From an uncultured Pseudomonadota bacterium (lineage in GTDB: Bacteria; Myxococcota_A; Polyangia; Fen-1088): a stretch of 64,000 nucleotides of DNA. Where the stretch lies: the NCBI GenBank assembly GCA_963779495.1, contig CAVZYM010000005.1, forward strand, positions 2,265,554 through 2,329,553, read 5' to 3'. The notes under the pieces are model-generated. The model did not search any database and had not been told where the DNA came from. It saw nothing but the letters and a program-made list of their open reading frames with translations. This document shows positions 37,237-44,843 of this stretch, piece by piece (the stretch's first letter is position 1; each line of letters begins with the position of its first letter). A program made the translations under genes and the position numbers.

Positions 37237-38453
37237 GACGGGCCTCCTGAAGAGCGTCGCGCGCGCCAGCGTTCGGCGCCGCGCAGCGCGAGATCGACAA
37301 TCGGCGCGGCCGGCAACCGGGCGCCCGAGAACATCCAGGCGAACCCGGTCGCGATCGCGCGGTTGCCGAACCGCGCCAGGTGCGAATCGGTCGCCTTCAC
37401 CGCCCCGTTCCCGCCACGCGGCGGTGCGGCGCGCAGCGCGCTGGCCGTCTCGCGCAGCCGGAAGATGCGCCGGTACTCCGCCATCAGGGGGTGCGCCGCC
37501 AGCCGTTCCGCGTAGCGCGCCGGCTCGCCGGCCAGGATCGCCTCGGCGCAGACGCGCGCCGAGACCACCGCGGGCAGGATCCCCTCCGCCGTCAGCGGCT
37601 GCGCCAGCCCCAGGCTGTCGCCGACCAGCATCAGGCCGCCGCGGCCGTCCGCGTCGACGCGGGCCGGCCCTTCGAGGTGCGTCGGATCGAACAGGTAGTA
37701 GGCGTGCCCCTTCATCGCCTTCGGCTCCAGCTCGGGGGCCGCCTCCGGGGGGACGTGGCCGGCATCGAGGAAGTGCCCCCGCGCCCGCAGCCAGGCGGCC
37801 CGCACCTCGTTCGGATCGACCGTCCCGGTGCCGACGTTCAGCCAGTCGGTCTTGGGGACGTTCCAGGAGTAGCCGCGCAGATCGTCGTGCAGCAGCAGCT
37901 CGGGCTCGCCGTCGCGCCCGGCGCGCGCGCGCGCCACGGCGGCCGGATCGGCCTGGAACTCGTGCTCCTGCGCGCCGACCGGTCCGTTCGGGCGCGGCGG
38001 TTCGACCAGCCGCGCGACCGGGCAGTGCGTCCCCCCCGCGCCGATCAGGTAGCGGGCGCGCAGCCCGGCGACCGTCCAGAACCCGTCGCCGTCGCGCGCG
38101 ATGTCGCCCGCGGAGACGCCCAGGTGCAGGTCGGCGCCGCTGCGCCGCAGCAGGAAGTCGTCCAGCTCGTAGCGGCGGATGAACCAGCCGTGGCAGGCGA
38201 CGCTTCGCGTCTCGCCCCGGTAGGCGACGTGGCAGGCATGCCACTCCCAGAGGTCGCCGGTGTACTCGCCCGGGGCCAGCGCCAGCGCCTCCCAGATCGG
38301 CTCCGACAGCCAGCCGCCGCACAGCTTCACCCGCGGGAACTGGGCGCGGTCGACGATGGCGACGCGCGCGCCGCTACGGGTCAGGAACCGCGCGCAGGTG
38401 CTCCCCGCCGGCCCGCCGCCGACGATGATGGCGTCGTACGCCGGTGTGGTCAT
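37233..38453 (-). CDS. FAD-dependent oxidoreductase (geranylgeranyl reductase-like flavoprotein)
   Basis: MTTPAYDAIIVGGGPAGSTCARFLTRSGARVAIVDR (dinucleotide-binding fold), GAGGTHCPVAR and LVGDSLGLAQPLTAEGI. Its stop overlaps the cfa start (ATGA). Sequence upstream of ATG 38453 in the track ORF is discounted. Confidence 0.75.
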   Translation of the reverse strand: MTTPAYDAIIVGGGPAGSTCARFLTRSGARVAIVDRAQFPRVKLCGGWLSEPIWEALALAPGEYTGDLWEWHACHVAYRGETRSVACHGWFIRRYELDDFLLRRSGADLHLGVSAGDIARDGDGFWTVAGLRARYLIGAGGTHCPVARLVEPPRPNGPVGAQEHEFQADPAAVARARAGRDGEPELLLHDDLRGYSWNVPKTDWLNVGTGTVDPNEVRAAWLRARGHFLDAGHVPPEAAPELEPKAMKGHAYYLFDPTHLEGPARVDADGRGGLMLVGDSLGLAQPLTAEGILPAVVSARVCAEAILAGEPARYAERLAAHPLMAEYRRIFRLRETASALRAAPPRGGNGAVKATDSHLARFGNRAIATGFAWMFSGARLPAAPIVDLALRGAERWRARRSSGGPS

Positions 38454-38493
38454 CCGCAGCGTCGTAGCACGGATTTCATCTACACTGGTGAGC

Positions 38494-39543
38494 ATGGATA
38501 CTCGCTTATTGGGATCGCTTACGAAGCTGGGGATCGGCGGGGCTCTTCTGGCGTTTCTGCTCGGCAGTTCCGACCCGGCGCGCGCCTGCAGCGGACCGTC
38601 CTTGGCGGAGCCCAGTGCGCTGCCCGGACCGGGCACGACGAACGTCTCGACGGCGACCTCTATCGTGGTCCTGTCGCCGTGGGAGCCGTTTGGGTTGGAC
38701 CTGAAGGCGGGAGGTCAGTCGGTGCCGGTATACGGGTGGACGGCGCTGGGGAGTGGCATCCAATTGGGGGGCGGGAGCACTCAGTTCTGGCGAGTTCAGC
38801 TCACCGCCGGGGGTTCGATGCTGGCGCCTCAAACGGAGTACGTGGTGTCGCTCCTGCGCGGGCCCGGAGAGCTGAGCGAGCTGACCCGCTTCACGACCGC
38901 GGCGGGCTACGACAAGACGCCGGGAACGGCGCCGAACCTCGGGGCGCTCCATCTCTGGCGCGTGCGCTACCCCGTCTCCGAGATCGGAGGGGGCAGCTGC
39001 GTGTTCGCGGAGTACCACGGCTTCATCACCGTCGACTATGAGCCGGGCACCGTTCCGAACACCGACCCGGCATTCGTCGTTCACAGGTTCCGGCTCTCGC
39101 CCAAGACGGGCGGGTCGCAGCAGACGCTCGTGTGGGTGGGCGCGACGCCGTTCACGGGCTGGGCGCCGTCGAAGACATACCCGACGCCGATTTCCAGCGC
39201 GGGGTGGCAACCCGAGCTCGATCCCACGCGCGAGTACTGCCTGACCATCGAGGCCTTCGGCGACGGCGACCTCGCGCGGCAGCCGGTCTACAGCAACCAG
39301 GTCTGCGCGACGGTCACACAGCTGACGACGCTGGGAGGGTCGCTGGAACCGGACGACGGCAGCACGAGCCCCGACGGCGGCACGAGCCCCGACGGTGGCA
39401 CCGACGCTCGCACGACCCTCGGCAGCAGCGGTTGCGTCGCCGCCGGCGCCGCGCCCGGGCCCACGGCGCTCGTCCTGCTCACGTTCGTTTTCTTGTTTGC
39501 CCGCCGCCGGCCGCGCGCTCGCCAGAGCCCATCTCAGAAATAG
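38494..39543 (+). CDS. secreted protein with a MYXO-CTERM sorting tail
   Basis: N-terminal signal (LGIGGALLAFLLGSSDPARAC). The C-terminus SSGCVAAGAAPGPTALVLLTFVFLFARRRPR has the Cys, hydrophobic helix and Arg cluster of the MYXO-CTERM pattern. A tandem STSPDGG-TSPDGG repeat lies just before the tail. Confidence 0.7.
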   Translation: MDTRLLGSLTKLGIGGALLAFLLGSSDPARACSGPSLAEPSALPGPGTTNVSTATSIVVLSPWEPFGLDLKAGGQSVPVYGWTALGSGIQLGGGSTQFWRVQLTAGGSMLAPQTEYVVSLLRGPGELSELTRFTTAAGYDKTPGTAPNLGALHLWRVRYPVSEIGGGSCVFAEYHGFITVDYEPGTVPNTDPAFVVHRFRLSPKTGGSQQTLVWVGATPFTGWAPSKTYPTPISSAGWQPELDPTREYCLTIEAFGDGDLARQPVYSNQVCATVTQLTTLGGSLEPDDGSTSPDGGTSPDGGTDARTTLGSSGCVAAGAAPGPTALVLLTFVFLFARRRPRARQSPSQK

Positions 39544-39573
39544 CCGCACTCCCGCGCTGCGCGCGGGAGCGGC
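39543..39573. terminator. GC-rich hairpin between convergent genes
   Basis: GCCG-ca-CTCCCGCGC-tgc-GCGCGGGAG-CGGC: a 13-bp stem with a 2-nt bulge spanning both stop codons. There is no U-tract, so terminator function is inferred only from its position. Confidence 0.35.
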
Positions 39574-40673
39574 TAGGAGAGCCCCAGCGTCTCCAGCAGG
39601 CGCTCGAGGCGCAGGGCCAGTCCCAGATCGGACGTGGTGTGGGCGTGGTCCATGGCGGCGAAGAGGTTGGTCTGTTCCAGATCGAGCCGCTCCGGGTGCC
39701 GCTCCAGCAGGCCGACGAAGTACGCCACCGCGCGCGCTTGATCGAAGCGCGTCCGGGTCAGCACGGCGTAGCGGATGGTGGCGTGGAGGGCGAAGCGACC
39801 GGGGAGCGGCTCCTGGACCAGGTGCCAGCGGCGGAGCCGCGCCAGGGCGGGCGCCCCCTGACGGCCGGCGCGTGAGAGCGCGGCCAGCGCGTCGCTGTCG
39901 GCGTGGTCGCCCTGCAGGTGTGCGAGCGCGGTGAGCAGGCGCCGTCCCGCCACCCCGAGGCGGGGCCAGGCCCAGCGGACCAGCGCGGCCAGCGCGGGGA
40001 CGTCGTCCTCGTGGGCGACCACCTCGACGCGGGCGACGCCGCTGCGCACCAGCCAGGCATGCAGCGCCGGGACGCTGACCGCGCGGCTGGCCACCAGCGC
40101 GTTGCTGATGTCGAGGGCCAGGGGATTCCAGCGCACCAGGGCGGTCAGGTCGGCGACGGCCGGGAAGGGGCTGCGACCGGCGGTGGCCAGCGGCGGCACG
40201 ACCGGGTAGACCGACACGCCGGAGAGCAGACAGCGACGGGCGGTCACCACCCAGGTCACGTCGAGCCGGTCGAGCGTGTTCAGCAGCCGGGCCATGGCCC
40301 GATCGTCTTCGTGGTTGTCGAGCACGACCAGCATCCGCCCCCGCGCCCTCATCGCCGCGCGCAGCGCCGGCAGCCGCGCGCGCCGGGCGGCGAATCCCCC
40401 CAGCGGCACCCGCAGGCGAATCGCCAGCATGTCCAGCAGCGTCTGGTAGTCCCAGCCGCCGACGCGGAACCACTCGATGCCGCCCGGATAGCGTGGCCGC
40501 AGGCGGTGACCCAGCGCCGCCGCCAGCGTCGATTTTCCGCCGCCGCCCGGACCGACCAGGGCCAGACGTGGATTACCAGGCGCGAGACAGGCGGTCGCCA
40601 GGGTGGCGAGCTCGGCGGTGCGGCCGAGAAAGGGCTGGGGCCGGGGCGGGAACGCCACGGCCGTGTCTATCAC
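39573..40673 (-). CDS. NB-ARC/STAND-type P-loop NTPase without a recognisable sensor or effector domain
   Basis: FLGRTAELATLA..RLALVGPGGGGKSTLAAALGHRL (Walker A), MLVVLDNHED (Walker B), VVTARR, NPLALDI and LSRAGRQG..ARLRRWHLVQ (winged-helix-like). It is only 366 aa. Confidence 0.6.
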   Translation of the reverse strand: MIDTAVAFPPRPQPFLGRTAELATLATACLAPGNPRLALVGPGGGGKSTLAAALGHRLRPRYPGGIEWFRVGGWDYQTLLDMLAIRLRVPLGGFAARRARLPALRAAMRARGRMLVVLDNHEDDRAMARLLNTLDRLDVTWVVTARRCLLSGVSVYPVVPPLATAGRSPFPAVADLTALVRWNPLALDISNALVASRAVSVPALHAWLVRSGVARVEVVAHEDDVPALAALVRWAWPRLGVAGRRLLTALAHLQGDHADSDALAALSRAGRQGAPALARLRRWHLVQEPLPGRFALHATIRYAVLTRTRFDQARAVAYFVGLLERHPERLDLEQTNLFAAMDHAHTTSDLGLALRLERLLETLGLS

Positions 40674-40715
40674 GCGCGCGGGGCGCGCGTTCGCGGTTAC
40701 TCCGCGAAGGCGCGG

Positions 40716-41522
40716 TTACTCCGCGAAGGGATCAACCCACTTGCTTGGTGCCGGCGGCGCCTTGCTTGGTGCCGTCGCCTTCGCCACGGGTGCCGCCTTC
40801 GGTGCAGGCGCCGCCTTGAGCGCGGGCGGGGTGGTGGGCAGCGTGTTGTAAGCCGGTTCGGTGGCGAACGGGTCCACGACCGCGGCCGGCTTGGCGGCCG
40901 GCTTGGTGAACGGCGTGGTCGCCTCCATCAGCTCCTCTATCGTCGATGTCGGCTGCTTGGCGCGCACCGCAGGCGCCGCGGGACGGGCAGGCGTTGTCAC
41001 CGTCGTCGCGAGCGTTGGCTTCGCGAGCGCCGGCTTCGTGACGGGCGCGCGCGCGGCGACCGCCGGCGTGGGCGCGGCGATCGCGGGCGCCTCTGCGGTG
41101 GCGATCGTGACCGCGGGCAAAGGGGGCAGCTCGGGAACGGCCGGAGGCAAAGGTTGAATCTCGACCCCCGACGGGGCCTGGACGTGCGCGACCGCCACGG
41201 GCTGAGCGACGACGGCGCGCGGCCGCATTCGATCGAACGCCGTCGCCACCAGCATTCCGCAGGCGAACGTCGTCAGGCAGATGCCGACCAGAGTGGTCTT
41301 GGAGATCGCTGGTTTCGGCGGCGGCGCCCAGTTGATCGCCGGCTCTACCGGAGTCCGCCGGCGTCGGCGTTCGAAGATCCGCTCAGTCGGGGTTTCCGGC
41401 GCCCCGTTCGGGACGTCGTTCCTGACGGGACCCGGCGTTCCCGCGACCTGCATGCGGAAGGACTCCCTCCCGATGAAAAACACGCTTCCCAGATCCGTAT
41501 CCGCTGACTCGACCACGACCAT
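40716..41522 (-). CDS. Pro/Ala-rich bitopic membrane protein, paralogue A
   Basis: VFFIGRESFRMQVAGTP...TERIFERRRRR, TM segment LVGICLTTFACGMLVATAF, a Pro/Ala-rich region, then a C-terminal KWVDPFAE. It shares N-terminal, TM and C-terminal motifs with the next gene. Confidence 0.6.
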   Translation of the reverse strand: MVVVESADTDLGSVFFIGRESFRMQVAGTPGPVRNDVPNGAPETPTERIFERRRRRTPVEPAINWAPPPKPAISKTTLVGICLTTFACGMLVATAFDRMRPRAVVAQPVAVAHVQAPSGVEIQPLPPAVPELPPLPAVTIATAEAPAIAAPTPAVAARAPVTKPALAKPTLATTVTTPARPAAPAVRAKQPTSTIEELMEATTPFTKPAAKPAAVVDPFATEPAYNTLPTTPPALKAAPAPKAAPVAKATAPSKAPPAPSKWVDPFAE

Positions 41523-41601
41523 TCCCTTCCTTTCTCCCCGCGGACTATAGGGCCGCAGCGGTCAAGGGCGTGTGTCGTTTACGCTGATCTTTCGTGAAAA
41601 T

Positions 41602-41617
41602 CGCCTGTTTTCAGGCG
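41602..41617 (-). terminator. weak hairpin (CGCCTG-nnnn-CAGGCG) followed by ATTTTC on the minus strand, between the two paralogues
   Basis: Read directly from the sequence. The stem is 6 bp and the U-tract is only 4 nt, so at best it is an attenuator. Confidence 0.2.
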
Positions 41618-41633
41618 GTTTCGTGGAAATGGT

Positions 41634-41685
41634 AAGCCAGCTGCCGTCAACGAGTCGAAGCCAGCTACCGTCAACGAGTTGACGG
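41634..41685. promoter_or_regulatory. 24-nt-period direct repeat plus an 8-2-8 palindrome in the inter-paralogue spacer
   Basis: AAGCCAGCTGCCGTCAACGAGT (41634-41655) and AAGCCAGCTACCGTCAACGAGT (41658-41679) match at 21 of 22 positions. CCGTCAAC-GA-GTTGACGG (41668-41685) is a perfect inverted repeat. Read on the minus strand, each copy contains TTGACGG. Confidence 0.3.
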
Positions 41686-41704
41686 TGATCGCGGAAACGG
41701 CTTT

Positions 41705-42397
41705 TTACCCGGCGAACGGATCGACCCAGGGGCGCGTGGGCGGAACGATGCGATGCGAGCGCGCCCGGACGCCGGCGGCGCGCCCGGGTTGCGCCGCGCG
41801 CGCCGGGCGGACGCGAGGCGACGGCGTCGCCTCGGGGCGATCCTCCTGCATCGCGCCTGCGGAGGGGGCCGCCTCCGCGGCGGCGGGCGCGGCGACCGGC
41901 GGCGCTTGCACGACGGGCGGCGGCTGCACGACGGGCGGCGGCTGCACGACGGGCGGCGGCTGCACGACGGGCGGCGCGATCGGCTGCGCCTGTGCGACGG
42001 GCGGCGGCTGCACGACCGGCGGTGGCTGCAGGACGGGCGGCGGCTGCACCGCCGGCGCCGTCGCGACGCGCACGACCGGCTGTCGCGGCGCGACCGCGCG
42101 CGTGCCCAGCTGGGTGATCGCGGTCGCCACCAGGGCGCCGCACCCGAACGTGGTCAGGAACAGCGCGACGAGAGATCGCCTGCGACGCGCCGGCGCCGGC
42201 GCCGGTTCCATGATGGGGGGGCGCGAAGCGCGCACCGCCCTGCGGTCGAAGATCCGCCCCGTCGGGCTATCGGTCACCGGGGTCGGGATCGCGCCGTCGT
42301 CCACGAGGGCGTCGGGCGTGCCCACGACCTCCATCCGGAACGTATCCCGCCCCAGAAACACCACATTCGCCTGCTCACCATCCGATCGTTCCATCAC
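41705..42397 (-). CDS. Pro-rich bitopic membrane protein, paralogue B
   Basis: VVFLGRDTFRMEVVGTP...TGRIFDRRAVR, TM segment LVALFLTTFGCGALVATAI, (V/P)VQPPP repeats, then a C-terminal PWVDPFAG. Confidence 0.6.
   Translation of the reverse strand: MMERSDGEQANVVFLGRDTFRMEVVGTPDALVDDGAIPTPVTDSPTGRIFDRRAVRASRPPIMEPAPAPARRRRSLVALFLTTFGCGALVATAITQLGTRAVAPRQPVVRVATAPAVQPPPVLQPPPVVQPPPVAQAQPIAPPVVQPPPVVQPPPVVQPPPVVQAPPVAAPAAAEAAPSAGAMQEDRPEATPSPRVRPARAAQPGRAAGVRARSHRIVPPTRPWVDPFAG
41906..42050. repeat. 18-nt tandem repeat (ctgcacgacgggcggcgg) in about 8 copies, four nearly identical, encoding VVQPPP
   Basis: Copies at 41906, 41924, 41942 and 41960 are identical or differ at 1 nt. Degenerate copies continue to about 42050. 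Confidence 0.8.
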
Positions 42398-42463
42398 GCG
42401 GGGATGATCTCCGCTGACGCGCGTTCTGTCAGTTTTTCGAATTTATGGAACGACGGGTGGGGC

Positions 42464-43087
42464 TCAGATCCAGCCGCCGATCGTCACATCGAGGCCGTAG
42501 AGCGTGTAGTCGCCGCCCGAGAGGCCATGCTGGAACGAGGGGCCGGCGCCCACGAAGAGGTGCGGCGCCAGGTGATAGAGGAACGGGGCGTAGAGCGCCA
42601 GGGATGTGGCGGTGTTCGAGTCGTGGGGCAGCGATGTGTGGGCGATGAACAGCCCGCCGGTCGGCCAGAGGCCGAGGCGATCGATGAGGTTCAGGTTGAA
42701 GCCAGCCCGCGCACCCAGCGACACGGTCGTCGTCCCCTCGTCGCCCGAGACGTGGCCGATGCCGACGACGCCGCCGACCGATACGCGATCGGTGAGGAAA
42801 TAGTCGAGCGCGGGCTGCAGGTTCACCGCCCAGGTTCCGCCGCTGACCTTGTGCAGGAAGAAGCTGCCACCGCCGGGCGCGGTCGACATCGTCAGCACCC
42901 ACTGGGTCGGGGCGCCGAAGCCGCCGGCGGCCTGGACCATCGGCGCGAACGTCGGTGCCGGCTTGGCGAACGCGCTGTCGTCCCCTTGCCCTTCCCCTTG
43001 CCCTTGCCCTTGCCCTTCGGCGCGGGCAAGGGTCGTCGTCGCCAGCAGCACGCTCGTCGCGATCGCCAACACCGTCGAGCTTCTCAT
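42464..43087 (-). CDS. small outer-membrane beta-barrel protein (predicted)
   Basis: MRSSTVLAIATSVLLATTTLARA signal, a GQGQGQGEGQG linker, alternating-hydrophobic strands, and a C-terminal aromatic residue close to the end (..YTLYGLDVTIGGWI). ATG 43087 is taken from the 452-aa track ORF. Confidence 0.55.
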   Translation of the reverse strand: MRSSTVLAIATSVLLATTTLARAEGQGQGQGEGQGDDSAFAKPAPTFAPMVQAAGGFGAPTQWVLTMSTAPGGGSFFLHKVSGGTWAVNLQPALDYFLTDRVSVGGVVGIGHVSGDEGTTTVSLGARAGFNLNLIDRLGLWPTGGLFIAHTSLPHDSNTATSLALYAPFLYHLAPHLFVGAGPSFQHGLSGGDYTLYGLDVTIGGWI

Positions 43088-43211
43088 GGCCCCGCGGGTA
43101 CCACGTTCGCACCGGTCGATCAAATGCTGCACGAACATACTATCGACGCCGCGCCCGAGCCCCTTTACTGAAGGCATCGATCGCGCGTTCACAGATGCCT
43201 GGGCGCGGGCC

Positions 43212-43940
43212 ATGCGCGTCGCGGAACGACCCCGCGACGTCGCGGGCTGGCAGCGCAACCTGGCCCAAGCCCTCGCCGTCGCTGCCAAGCCGGACGGCGC
43301 CGCGGTCTCGCTCTGCACGCTCGGGTCGCGCACAGGTCTCGGCGCCGCGGTGGCCCCGTCGGAATCGTCGGCGGTGGGCCGGCGCCTGATCGAATCGCTG
43401 CTTCCTCCGGCGGACTCCCCCAACCTGGAGACCGTCTGGTCGGTCTCTGCGGCGACGACGGCGGGCCGGCGGGTCCTCCCTGTCGAGGATCTGGGCGCCG
43501 GCCTCATCGGCGCCTTCCTCAGGTCGCAGGAGGGCATCGTCGCCGGATGGATCGTCTTGCTCAGCCGCGCGCCGCTGCACGAACGGATGCGCGCCCTCGC
43601 GGTGCCGTTCGCGGAGGTCTGCCGCGCCGCCGAGGTCGCGCTGCGCGGCTCGCTGGCCATCGCCGCCGCGATGGGCGCGCGGTTTCCCAGGGTCTCGCCC
43701 GCCGGGTTGAGCGCCCGCGAACAGGAGGTGGCGACCCTCGCCTCCAGCGGCTTCTCCGATCTGAACATCAGCGCGCGCCTCGGGATCAGCGAGGGGACGG
43801 TGGGCCGCCACCTGCACAACATCTACCGGAAGCTCGGAATCGGCTCGCGGATGCAGCTTTCCGATCTGATGTGCGGGGCCGCCTTTGCTCCGCCGGAACA
43901 GAGCGCGGGCGGCCTCGTCATGCCGGCTAGAAGTCGATGA
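43212..43940 (+). CDS. LuxR-family transcriptional regulator
   Basis: The C-terminus LSAREQEVATLASSGFSDLNISARLGISEGTVGRHLHNIYRKLGIGSRMQL is the LuxR/GerE HTH. The start is uncertain: ATG 43212 is preferred over ATG 43086, which would overlap the divergent OMP start codon. Confidence 0.7.
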   Translation: MRVAERPRDVAGWQRNLAQALAVAAKPDGAAVSLCTLGSRTGLGAAVAPSESSAVGRRLIESLLPPADSPNLETVWSVSAATTAGRRVLPVEDLGAGLIGAFLRSQEGIVAGWIVLLSRAPLHERMRALAVPFAEVCRAAEVALRGSLAIAAAMGARFPRVSPAGLSAREQEVATLASSGFSDLNISARLGISEGTVGRHLHNIYRKLGIGSRMQLSDLMCGAAFAPPEQSAGGLVMPARSR

Positions 43941-44751
43941 TGCCGCAGTGCGAGTGCATGTGCGGCGTCGAGTTCCAGTTCACGTAGGAGCCGACGTTGG
44001 GATCGTCGAAGAGTCCCCCGATCGCGCCGGCCGTGCGGTAGCGCCCCTGCGGGAGGGTCCACTGGCCGCTGCCGCCGCTCTGGATGTGCACCCGGTAGGT
44101 GCTGTCGCCGACGGCGGCGCAGGCCATCGCCCGGAAGTGGAAAGCGTCGTCGCCCTTACCGTAGCTGCTGCCCGACCTGTAGAAGAACCAGCGGTAGTCG
44201 GCACGGGCCGAGCACTCGAGCCAGGTGCTGAGCCACTGGTAGTCGCAGCAGCCGTTGTTGCAGCCTGAGGGGGCGGCCGCGAAGCCCTCGGGGACGTCGC
44301 GCGGCACGTCGTCGAAGGGGGTTTCCTTCGATTCGAAGCTGGCGGGGATTTGCGTCGCCGCGCTCGGATGCAGCGCCTCCTCGCGCATCAGCCGGTCTTG
44401 CAAGTTGCGCAGCGCGACCGGCGCGGCCTTGGTGGGCGACACCGCCTTCCAGATGTCGAGCAGCTGATGAGCCTGCATGTTTGCCGGCATTTCGAACATC
44501 CGCGGCATCCCCGCCGGGCCGGTCTCGCTGATCAGCGCCCCCTTTCCCGCGTCGTAGAACTCCAGCCGCTGGCCGGTGGCGAGCGCGGCGACGGCGACCA
44601 CCGTCATCCCGTCGAGCACGCCGTCCGTCTGCGGCGGCTCGTCGCCGCCCGCGTCGGTGGCCTCGCCGGCGCATGCCGGGAGCAGCCCCGCCACCATCAA
44701 CGCCACGAACGTTCTCGAGATACCTCTACCGCTGCTTGCCCTGTTGGTCAT
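43927..44751 (-). CDS. hypothetical lipoprotein with a Cys-rich C-terminal domain
   Basis: GGAGGAGG lies before ATG 44751. FVALMVAGLLPACAG has a lipobox. The C-terminus contains SGCNNGCCDYQW...HMHSHCGIIDF. The 3' end overlaps the luxR-type gene by 14 nt (convergent). Confidence 0.6.
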   Translation of the reverse strand: MTNRASSGRGISRTFVALMVAGLLPACAGEATDAGGDEPPQTDGVLDGMTVVAVAALATGQRLEFYDAGKGALISETGPAGMPRMFEMPANMQAHQLLDIWKAVSPTKAAPVALRNLQDRLMREEALHPSAATQIPASFESKETPFDDVPRDVPEGFAAAPSGCNNGCCDYQWLSTWLECSARADYRWFFYRSGSSYGKGDDAFHFRAMACAAVGDSTYRVHIQSGGSGQWTLPQGRYRTAGAIGGLFDDPNVGSYVNWNSTPHMHSHCGIIDF

Positions 44752-44843
44752 GGAATCCTCCTCCGTTGGTGCTTCGACGGTAGGAGGGGCAAGGACCGGC
44801 GCCAATACACCGATCGGTGTAGGGCGGCGCGCGGGGACCGTTC

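Noticed and set aside
41906-42050. Possible CRISPR-like arrays at the tandem repeats (also 32344-32469 and 54500-54595)
   Set aside because: The repeats are contiguous with no unique spacers, have periods of 18-21 nt, are in frame, and encode Pro- or Gly/Ser-rich linkers inside genes. No cas genes are present.
43086-43211. Longer LuxR-regulator start at ATG 43086
   Set aside because: This start would overlap the start codon of the divergent OMP gene by 2 nt and leave no promoter space, and the added 42 aa are Pro/Arg/Ser-rich. ATG 43212 is preferred, but this is not proven.
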